IMG/VR virus record: IMGVR_UViG_3300028706_000553 | Strand: one strand, 5' to 3' | Length of the DNA: 64,000 bases | Origin: a virus | Part shown: piece after piece, positions 57,001 to 64,000 of the stretch | Numbering within the stretch: the stretch's first letter is position 1 | Layout: each line of letters starts with the position of its first letter | Program-made: the position numbers and the translations under genes | Notes under the pieces: generated by a model | Database searches by the model: none | Seen by the model: only the letters and a program-made list of their open reading frames with translations | Told to the model about the DNA's origin: nothing

Positions 57001-57540
57001 AAAGTTGATGTAGCGGGTAATTATATAGATATACCTGAGTATGAAGCCGGGAACCCGAAAGGTTCCGGGTTCGACAACAAACCGCGAAATGTTAATGAAT
57101 ACCCGCTTGGTACCATTATAGAAATAAATGGAACTGTACCACAATCAGAAGGATATGTTGGTGGGGGTGGAATAGAAGTATTATTAGAAGAAGAAGAACA
57201 GGTGGCAGAGACATGGAATGCGATTGGTGTTTCACAGGATGATGTCTTAATTGTAACTCTTGATACAGGAGTATTTACTAAGTATATTCAAGAAGTTCTT
57301 GATGATACACATATAGCAATTGATTCCGCCATTCAAGCAGGGGGAGATGCTCCGTATCAAACCTTGTTATATCATTCTGATTGGGATTTTGAATTATCAA
57401 TCGGCAAAAAACAAGTAAAGGCCCAAGACGATAAGATACAGAGTAGTAAGAATAAATTTCTTGATTATTTGAATGATATTAATGCTCAGGCAGATGAGAT
57501 TTATGATTACTTGGATAAATTGAATAACGAGGGTTGGTAA
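54079..57540 (+). CDS. Large putative virion (baseplate-associated) protein with a CBM5/12-like module
   Basis: 1153 aa, acidic; FDETKTYMAGDKIYYKGVNYIC...YWERL at about 56092-56247; lies between gp5 and gp25. Confidence 0.55.
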   Translation: MAEQEADLDQLLSRKMVEQEADEWSSRNLGDIGYLKHFFEVAAKGLELHKENAAFIKEAYEFNRALVFAKVDPLFAALDKIFQEILKLLDDLRGLGFYYLPVHSKSIGTSNEVQRNPVTGGLLIGGTYYAKATASGIPGEYKKANVFLGDTPATDKETGEQIYVKDTAWEDPFDADGNSTGTELTLENAFVYANEKLGLTQLSPTGILQTIDRSFDDKNDVPKGNTAFTTDTSQLLSEDYYLSGRPIFSNSATVGGIIIIMGAPSFDKFGDILKTFNKFINLESFNQLVADVKKILNPPVVHRIKLSWVSTKTIDVDSESPDFNTPPSLSDAPGKKTYIEKDDTVGSFYKHDKNEDGTYKSNRVLKATVGKSIARVTKVITTENMVIEDRETLGHKADTHNTNLTETMIKRNHQEIKIDRNLVPYQNQELEIAYMSPGMEFKKGDIIVEAIPMTDSGGTQTATGDKIDLNKQNAGDPGKDNDKEYVQVTEGELIVGKVVDEFYADALPEKPDWRGKRLEELIPPLGSVLDTTEAHVRSIFATIKNYQASLDPIIKYLDGKMDELTAFSNEIEELLELFAVGIPALGMYTLYLNPQLGGTARFRERMMGAGGPDKPPENLKFCAGVCFLGGGPTGGPLVKSLDFLALMLGMRKPTEEEAVAQSRLEELATPLFDETKTYMAGDKIYYKGVNYICLVNYTTGEEPIIKDLNDENVINAAYWERLGEAGVKDEQVTVGDARTPEEIRKAKIDFLKDTKKALGDILVKLNGASPGASSLRKKIMDVPLYGAMDPLQSPPAFISSGANESTFNDLLNLRDMDLEELDLLVYRITEMLVSVEITMIQETPDVDTEPGSFRSKGKSLLILKGEFIDEVDDFEGGQRKVKPNTTITILDPLNPGSGSTRTVERMSNTTVAVLNEPFEPDIETALAYDVILTDQNETEYKYKSEYRANNTHYYHPGYRLREFEAKANTISTYSKVDVAGNYIDIPEYEAGNPKGSGFDNKPRNVNEYPLGTIIEINGTVPQSEGYVGGGGIEVLLEEEEQVAETWNAIGVSQDDVLIVTLDTGVFTKYIQEVLDDTHIAIDSAIQAGGDAPYQTLLYHSDWDFELSIGKKQVKAQDDKIQSSKNKFLDYLNDINAQADEIYDYLDKLNNEGW
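54089..54114. repeat. Perfect 26-bp palindrome inside a 21-nt direct repeat
   Basis: AAGAAGCTGATCT-AGATCAGCTTCTT; ATGG(C/T)GGAACAAGAAGCTGAT at 54079-54099 and 54124-54144. Confidence 0.9.
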
Positions 57541-57548
57541 TATAAATA
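57541..57548 (+). promoter_or_regulatory. T4-type late promoter for gp25-gp6-gp7
   Basis: TATAAATA directly after the upstream TAA; AAGGA RBS follows. Confidence 0.8.
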
Positions 57549-57567
57549 GATTAAATAAGGAACATCT

Positions 57568-57990
57568 ATGGCACAAACACGATACACAGAAATAGAGTAT
57601 GATGAAAAAACTGGCGCAACTATCTATTCTGATGTTGATATATCTTTTAAAGCTCATCCTGTAACAGGTGATATTATTAAAACAAAGAATGCGACTGTGA
57701 TAAAACAATCTATGCGTCAGATATTACAAACAAGAGCAAATGAAAGATTGGGTCATCCTGAAATTGGCGCAGGTGTTCAAGAATTATTATTCGAACCAAT
57801 GAATCAATTAACAGAAAATAGACTCGTTAGAAAAATTGCAGACTCTTTAAGAATGTTAGAACCTCGGGCTACAATAAGGGATATAATTGTAATGGGTGAT
57901 CCAGATAAAAATGCTTATAGGATAAAAATTATTTTTACGATGTTAGGGCAACAAACCGACGAAATTTTCGAAACTTATACGTATAGGTAA
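57568..57990 (+). CDS. gp25: Baseplate wedge protein (gp25/gpW family)
   Basis: YSDVDISF..HP, IKQSMRQIL.T...ER, LLFEP, EPRA. Confidence 0.92.
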   Translation: MAQTRYTEIEYDEKTGATIYSDVDISFKAHPVTGDIIKTKNATVIKQSMRQILQTRANERLGHPEIGAGVQELLFEPMNQLTENRLVRKIADSLRMLEPRATIRDIIVMGDPDKNAYRIKIIFTMLGQQTDEIFETYTYR

Positions 57991-57993
57991 GTA

Positions 57994-59880
57994 ATGGCAA
58001 CAGATGTAGCGAAATTAAATGTTTCAGAACTGGACATGCCGGCTATCAAATCCAACATGATAGCCTTTTTAAAAAGTCAAAGTGAATTCGCAAATTTTGA
58101 CTTTGCAGGTTCAGGATTGGATGTAATAATGGATATGCTAGCATATAATACTTATTATAATTCATTTTATTTAAATATGTTAGCAAATGAAATGTTTTTA
58201 GATACTGCGGAACTTAGAAATTCTGTTGTACAGAAAGCCAAACAGATGGGTTATACACCTCGATCTGTTCAAGGAACAAAGGCAATAGTTACATTGCAGA
58301 TAACTCCTAGTGATCAAGCAACCACAATGGTTGTAGAAAAAGATAAAAGATTTTCTGCTACTATAGATCAGGACAAATATATTTTTACTACTGCGGATTC
58401 GTATAATGCTATAATTGGTTCCAATGGAAGATTCACGGTTCCCGATGTACAGTTGAATCAAGGTATAAGGTTAACTCACAAATATGCAGTTGATTATTCT
58501 AACAAAGAGCAAAAATTTCTTTTACCTAATCCACAGACTGATGTTACAACATTAGAGGTTACTGTAAAGGCTTCACCGACTTCTACAATTATAGATACCT
58601 ATACAAAGGTAACAGACACAGTTAAAGTAACAGCAACATCTAAAGTATTTTTCTTATATGAAGAATTTGATGGTAGATATGAAGTACAATTTGGAGATAA
58701 TAAAGTAGGAGCGCGTCCAGCTGATGGAAGCCAAGTTATTTTAACAACAAATATTTCTGATGGCCAAGTTACAAATAAAGCCGCAACTTTTCAAGCTATT
58801 GATTTAATAGGAGGATATGCGGATGTTCAAGTAGTAACTACAACCGCTGGTTATGGTGGTGCTGTAAGGGAATCAATAGAAGAAATAAAATACGGTGCGC
58901 CTAAATTATATGAAACTCAAAATAGAGCAGTTACATTAAATGATTATAAAAGAATTGTAGAAAATGAATGGGTTAATGCAGAGTCAGTAACATGTTGGGG
59001 CGGAGAACAAAATGATCCGCCAAGATATGGAAAAGCGTATATTGCAGTAAAACCCAAGAGTGGATTATACTTAACATCAAAAGATAAAAATGCAATTAAA
59101 ACTGATATATTATTAAGAAAGAATATGGTTTCTGTAACACCAGAGATTGTTGCTCCTGATTATCTTTATCTAAAAATTACTTCAGATGTTAGATATGATC
59201 CAAATAAAACTATTCAATCTGCAGATCAAATAGGATCAAATATTGTTAATGTGGCTCTAAATTATAATCAAAATGAATTAGGAAAATTTGATTTGAGATT
59301 CAGGTATTCACGATTAACTACTTTAATTGATAATACAGATCCAGCCATTTTAAATAACCAAACAACTGTTCTTTTATTTAAGAGATTGGTGGTAGAATTA
59401 GCACAAGCTTTCAACTACGCACAGAATTTTTCGAATCAATTAAAATATCCATACGTTGGTTATAAAGGAACATTGACTTCTTCAAAATTTCAATATATTA
59501 ATGAATCAACAGAAGTTGTAGAAACTGGATGTACATTATCTGATGCAGATGGTATTATTCAAGTTGTAAAAGAAGCAGCCGGCGAAGTTGCAGTTATTAA
59601 TACTAATGTTGGGACGTTAGATTATACTACAGGTAAGATGACTTTGGTATCATTTAAACCTATAACAGTTGAAGCTGTTGTAAATAATAATACAATTGAA
59701 ATATTTGTGCAAACTAATGTATTGGATATAACACCTATAAGAGAACAAGTTATTATAGTTGAAAAGAAAGATATCCAAATTAATATGATGACCGATACTT
59801 CATTAAGTACAGGTGATTTCCAAATGGCAACATCTGATGAAACCCCCGCGCAGGTAATTTTTGGAGCTAATACTGCATAA
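57994..59880 (+). CDS. gp6: Baseplate wedge subunit (T4 gp6-like)
   Basis: FDFAGSGLDVIMDMLAYNTYYNSFY.NM.ANEMFLDTA, QNRAVTLNDY, WGGE..DPPRYGK. Confidence 0.95.
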   Translation: MATDVAKLNVSELDMPAIKSNMIAFLKSQSEFANFDFAGSGLDVIMDMLAYNTYYNSFYLNMLANEMFLDTAELRNSVVQKAKQMGYTPRSVQGTKAIVTLQITPSDQATTMVVEKDKRFSATIDQDKYIFTTADSYNAIIGSNGRFTVPDVQLNQGIRLTHKYAVDYSNKEQKFLLPNPQTDVTTLEVTVKASPTSTIIDTYTKVTDTVKVTATSKVFFLYEEFDGRYEVQFGDNKVGARPADGSQVILTTNISDGQVTNKAATFQAIDLIGGYADVQVVTTTAGYGGAVRESIEEIKYGAPKLYETQNRAVTLNDYKRIVENEWVNAESVTCWGGEQNDPPRYGKAYIAVKPKSGLYLTSKDKNAIKTDILLRKNMVSVTPEIVAPDYLYLKITSDVRYDPNKTIQSADQIGSNIVNVALNYNQNELGKFDLRFRYSRLTTLIDNTDPAILNNQTTVLLFKRLVVELAQAFNYAQNFSNQLKYPYVGYKGTLTSSKFQYINESTEVVETGCTLSDADGIIQVVKEAAGEVAVINTNVGTLDYTTGKMTLVSFKPITVEAVVNNNTIEIFVQTNVLDITPIREQVIIVEKKDIQINMMTDTSLSTGDFQMATSDETPAQVIFGANTA

Positions 59881-62800
59881 TGGCTGATAACAGAATATCT
59901 GAAATAATACAAAATCAATTACCATCCTTCTTTACTGAAGAAGGTAGTAATCTCCCTGTCTTTATGACAAAGTATTTTGAATTTTTAGAATCCTACCAAA
60001 TAGAATATACTGATTTAGAATTAGACGAATATAATATTGTCCAAGAGGATGATGACGGCGCATATTATGTTCGAGGGACTGCTATAGATCAAAGAGAACT
60101 TGTTTACGAACCTTCAGATGGTGCAGAGTCAACTGATGCCGGATTGCAATATGGACACTTTTATCCTGTTTATGGAAATAAGGCACCTGCTATAGCCGCT
60201 TCTGATGATGGTACAATTTATGAATTAGAATTAGAAGAGTTAAGGGGTAATGTATTTTATATGCCGAGAAAAGGCGGAGCAAATGGTGGTAACTATGGTA
60301 TAGCAATAAAAGATCCTCCTAGCACCTCATATACTGCATATACAGCCGCTTCTAGAATTGTAAAGGAAGATTCACCAGAAGATGGGAAAGCTAATACAGA
60401 AATTATAGTTGAATCGGAAAGAGGAGAAGATGCTACATTTGCTATTGGTGAAGTAATTATAGGCGCTACATCTGGTGCTCAACTTATAGTAACTGGTTAT
60501 CAAAGAAAAAACGAACCTGCTGGTAAATTTTTAGAAACAGCAAATACCGCATCTCCAAAATATAATTTAGATCCACATCTATTATTCGCACGTCCTATTA
60601 ATGGAAGAGTATTGATACACGGAGAATCTATTAGAGGTAGATTGACACGTGCAAAAGCTACAGTAGGTGAAACAGATAAAGATTTATTGAGAAATCCTCT
60701 TCGAGGTGCTGCCGATATAGATTTAATGACTGATGTTGATGCAGCTGACAACTACATGTTACAACAATTCAGGGAAGATTTCTTATCAAATATTCCTTTT
60801 GATGCAATTGGAGATTTAAGACAAGCGATTAAAACAGCAAGGGATATCTATAGAAGCAGAGGTACAGAAGATTCTTTTCTTTGGTTATGGAGAACAGTAT
60901 ATGGATCAGATCAACTAAGTTTTATATATCCAAAAGAAAGATTATTGAGACCTTCCGATGGTACCTGGAGTTCTGCAAAATCTGTTAAATTATATACCGG
61001 TACCGCTATAAACCCAGATGAATTTAATAGTAAAGTTATTAAAGGTCAAGATTCTCAAGCTACAGCAACTGTTGATAATTCTATTGCATATATTGAAGGA
61101 TCGACCGCAGTAACAGAATTATATTTAACAGATTATGTTAAAGGGTATGATGCTCGTTTTGATATCTATTCTGATTTTCAACCCGGCGAAAAAATAGCAA
61201 CGATTGAAGCATTTGTTGATACTGAAGCTGGGCTTTCGGAACTTATGAATAGTCCTGATTCTTCTGATGCTGTGAAAGCAATGGCATTTCCGGCAGGTTC
61301 TTCTAGAGGAGATTGTATTGCTGTTATTGGTGATATTACAATTGTAAGCGCCGGTACAGGTTATAAGGTTAATGATGAATTAGTAATAAAAGGAGGTCCC
61401 GGACAAGGTGCTTCAGCACGTGTATCCGCAACCGCTAATGGCGCAATTGATGAGATTATTGTAGATGATGGCGGTAATGGATATATGGGCGGTGAAATGT
61501 TAATAGTTGATAGTGCCGGCACACTGGGCACCAATCATACTGGCGCTATTCGCGGAATTCTAGAAACAGGAACATTTAGAGATTCTAATTCAACAATTGA
61601 TAAAGTTATTTCAACTGCAAATGGTGGTTCAGCTGCTTCCGCTATTTCATTAAATGCATTTTCATTTTCTGTTGATGATCCAGGCGATGTAAGATATCCC
61701 GAAAATATTAATACACATTTTAGTTCAAGTAATTCAACTACTTGGGTTGCTGAAGTAACAAATCAAGATACTGAAGATGGCGGCGCTAATATTTTACTTG
61801 AAGAAGGTGACGGATTAATTTTAATAGATAGTACAGATGGCTCAGCAGATGCTGGTGATAATATTCTTTTTCATACAAAGAATTTTGAAGATGATATTCA
61901 ATCAGGCTATTATGTATATGATTCTAAAACAGGAACTAAAGGAACAATTGCTGGGCCATCAGTAAACACTACATGTTTTGTTTATGTAATTGAGAGTGAA
62001 TCGGCGGCTAACTTTGTTGAAAATAGTTATGGTGATTTATACTATAGTGCAAACGCTACAGCAGTTCCTGGGAAATCCCAAATGTTTCAAATTGCTTCAA
62101 TTAAACCAGCAAGTTATTATGAAACAAATCAATTAGGAGATAATACTTATTCTATTGATAGCTATTACGGAGCAACAAAATATACCTATACTTCTTTTGG
62201 TGCAATTGCGAATGTACAGGTTATAACTACTGGAATTGATTATTTAAAAGGCCCAAGTTATGAAGCATCTAATCAAACTATATTAGGAAAGAAGGCATAT
62301 GAGTTTGAAGATCCTATTACTGGAAAAAATACTGCTGAATTATCATATTTAAATTTTGCAGAAAATGTTCAGGGGAAATATAGATTTGGTGAATATGTTA
62401 TCGGACAGACTTCAGGTAAAAAAGCTCAAGTAGTACAGCCATATGTTAATTCATCGGCGAATTCTACTGCTAGTTCAATGAAAGTGAAAGAAGTAGATAC
62501 AACATTTTCTCTTGAAGACGAAAGTGTTATTTTAAGCGGATTAGGAACATTTGAGAATAATACTTCTGCTCTTTATTCTTTTTCTACTAAGGGTGTAGGT
62601 GGTGCTGTTGTTATAGCATCAAATGGAAATGAAACTTGGGATAATCAAACAGGTGATACTGGTAATAATACTCTTTCTATTGAATCTTCAAATACAATAT
62701 ATGGATCATATAGTGGTAAGATTGCTGTTAATGATCAATTGGAAACATATGTTGGACTTAAGGGTTTAAATAATAGTACAGGTGCTGACTATGAGAATTT

Positions 62801-64000
62801 ATTAAATGCCGGTAATGAATATATTGGAAGAATAAGTTTTAGAGCTAGTACTGTTTTATCTAGTGTTGTTCTTAGATATGGACATTCTAAAACAGATGTA
62901 AACTTTGTAAGCGACGGTGCAATAGGCGGATTAACAAATGTAGATTTGTATAGTCAAGTAGGCACTAATAATGCTGATCAAATTTATACTTATGAAGGCA
63001 AATTTACAGTTGATCCTACAAATAATTATCATGCGATATATTTGTATATAAAAATGAATACATCTACAACATATACATTACATGTAGATAAAATTGAAAT
63101 GATAGATGTTACAACTCGTGGTAAGCTTGAATATGAAGGATTCAATACAGCAGATGAACCAGAATCATTTATGATTATGGAACCATCGGAATTTACTGCT
63201 GGAGAAACTGTTGTATCTTTAGTTGGTGCTAGAACAGCTGTATTAGCAAGTGCAAATGTTCAATCAGTTGAATCAACTGAGAATTATGGTAATAATGCTG
63301 TATTAAAATCCGGTGCTTTAAAAACTGGAGCTATTAAAGCTCTTACAATTGCACAGGCAGGTATAAACTATACTACAGTTCCTACAGTTACGGCCCCAAC
63401 AGGTGATAACAACGCGACATTTACAGCTAACCGTACAACTATAACTAATTATCCTGGAACGTTTAAAAGTAAATTAGGAATGATTAGTGATATTATCAGG
63501 GTACAGGATTCTTACTATTATCAAGATTTTTCATATGTTTTGAGATCTGATATTCAGATTGGTACCTTTAGAGATATGGTAAGGTCTTTTGTTCATCCAG
63601 CAGGATGGGCAGTATTTGGTGAGATAGGTATTGAATTTTTGATTAGTATGTCCATTGAGGCAGAATCAGTCACTAATAAAAAGCTTGAATTGTTCGTTGA
63701 TAGAACACCAGCATATGTTACACAATACGGCCCAATTGATAAAGATATGAGAATGGGTTATAATAGAACAATGATGCCGTTTGATAGTGAATATGGCCAA
63801 ATTGATTTTGATTGGGGTATTATTCATAATTATCATATTGAATTCTTAGATCCAAGATGTATTGGTTTTGGCGCAACGACAGATGATAAACATTTTGCAT
63901 TTCACTTAGGAAGGCAAGACAGTACTACTTGGTTAAATGGACTCGGATGGGACTATGAAAAAGATTATGCTGGTAATTTAGCTGGGCAATTTGGTGTAGC
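59880..64000 (+). CDS. gp7: Baseplate wedge initiator (gp7-like), truncated by the window end
   Basis: ATG 59880 overlaps the gp6 TAA; MADNRISEIIQNQLPSF...KYFEFLE, IYRSRGTEDSF, and QDSYYYQDFSYVLRS...VHPAGWAVFGE (63501 onward, same frame); the start and the last 500 nt were read without a stop. Confidence 0.85.
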   Translation, partial: MADNRISEIIQNQLPSFFTEEGSNLPVFMTKYFEFLESYQIEYTDLELDEYNIVQEDDDGAYYVRGTAIDQRELVYEPSDGAESTDAGLQYGHFYPVYGNKAPAIAASDDGTIYELELEELRGNVFYMPRKGGANGGNYGIAIKDPPSTSYTAYTAASRIVKEDSPEDGKANTEIIVESERGEDATFAIGEVIIGATSGAQLIVTGYQRKNEPAGKFLETANTASPKYNLDPHLLFARPINGRVLIHGESIRGRLTRAKATVGETDKDLLRNPLRGAADIDLMTDVDAADNYMLQQFREDFLSNIPFDAIGDLRQAIKTARDIYRSRGTEDSFLWLWRTVYGSDQLSFIYPKERLLRPSDGTWSSAKSVKLYTGTAINPDEFNSKVIKGQDSQATATVDNSIAYIEGSTAVTELYLTDYVKGYDARFDIYSDFQPGEKIATIEAFVDTEAGLSELMNSPDSSDAVKAMAFPAGSSRGDCIAVIGDITIVSAGTGYKVNDELVIKGGPGQGASARVSATANGAIDEIIVDDGGNGYMGGEMLIVDSAGTLGTNHTGAIRGILETGTFRDSNSTIDKVISTANGGSAASAISLNAFSFSVDDPGDVRYPENINTHFSSSNSTTWVAEVTNQDTEDGGANILLEEGDGLILIDSTDGSADAGDNILFHTKNFEDDIQSGYYVYDSKTGTKGTIAGPSVNTTCFVYVIESESAANFVENSYGDLYYSANATAVPGKSQMFQIASIKPASYYETNQLGDNTYSIDSYYGATKYTYTSFGAIANVQVITTGIDYLKGPSYEASNQTILGKKAYEFEDPITGKNTAELSYLNFAENVQGKYRFGEYVIGQTSGKKAQVVQPYVNSSANSTASSMKVKEVDTTFSLEDESVILSGLGTFENNTSALYSFSTKGVGGAVVIASNGNETWDNQTGDTGNNTLSIESSNTIYGSYSGKIAVNDQLETYVGLKGLNNSTGADYENLLNAGNEYIGRISFRASTVLSSVVLRYGHSKTDVNFVSDGAIGGLTNVDLYSQVGTNNADQIYTYEGKFTVDPTNNYHAIYLYIKMNTSTTYTLHVDKIEMIDVTTRGKLEYEGFNTADEPESFMIMEPSEFTAGETVVSLVGARTAVLASANVQSVESTENYGNNAVLKSGALKTGAIKALTIAQAGINYTTVPTVTAPTGDNNATFTANRTTITNYPGTFKSKLGMISDIIRVQDSYYYQDFSYVLRSDIQIGTFRDMVRSFVHPAGWAVFGEIGIEFLISMSIEAESVTNKKLELFVDRTPAYVTQYGPIDKDMRMGYNRTMMPFDSEYGQIDFDWGIIHNYHIEFLDPRCIGFGATTDDKHFAFHLGRQDSTTWLNGLGWDYEKDYAGNLAGQFGV

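Noticed and set aside
123-60751. Short antisense and nested ORFs in the track (e.g. 123-461, 9349-9591, 18836-19165, 44135-44581, 51786-52241, 53475-53897, 60500-60751)
   Set aside because: They lie within longer motif-bearing genes and show no motifs of their own; treated as shadow ORFs
1-64000. CRISPR array, IS element, intron, intein or homing endonuclease
   Set aside because: No regularly spaced repeats, transposase, LAGLIDADG/HNH/GIY-YIG ORFs or intein motifs noticed; the TnsA-like ORF at 48098 is the conserved gp4 gene

Overview
AT-rich 64-kb segment of a large T4-like myovirus. The call rests on gp32, gp59, gp33, gp2, gp4, gp26, gp48, gp53, gp5, gp25, gp6 and gp7 homologues and on TATAAATA late promoters; no host housekeeping genes or integrase are seen. 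(1) 1-36426: one co-oriented, tightly overlapping enzyme array that continues off the left edge. It encodes 17 CX3CX2C radical SAM proteins (1 B12-dependent, 7 with an N-terminal twitch domain, others SPASM-type, one split, one domain-permuted), five Fe(II)/2OG oxygenases, a minimal adenylating enzyme, an amidinotransferase, a PLP enzyme, a QueC-like PP-loop ATPase, reductases, a nucleosidase-like protein, and glycosyltransferase-, methyltransferase- and SGNH-like paralogues. Its product is unknown. (2) 36.4-41.8 kb: a circularly permuted two-piece tmRNA (tag ADNTDYFPAQVALAA), an SNase-like nuclease, and a 7-deazaguanine module (FolE, TGT/DpdA-like, DUF3310, QueC, class II glutamine amidotransferase, dCTP deaminase/dUTPase). 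(3) 41.8-64 kb: late-transcription, replication and baseplate/tail genes, including an unannotated gp51-like ORF reachable from gp26 by a -1 frameshift at T-TTT-TTC just upstream of a tape-measure-like gene. All family calls come from motifs read by eye; no database search was run.
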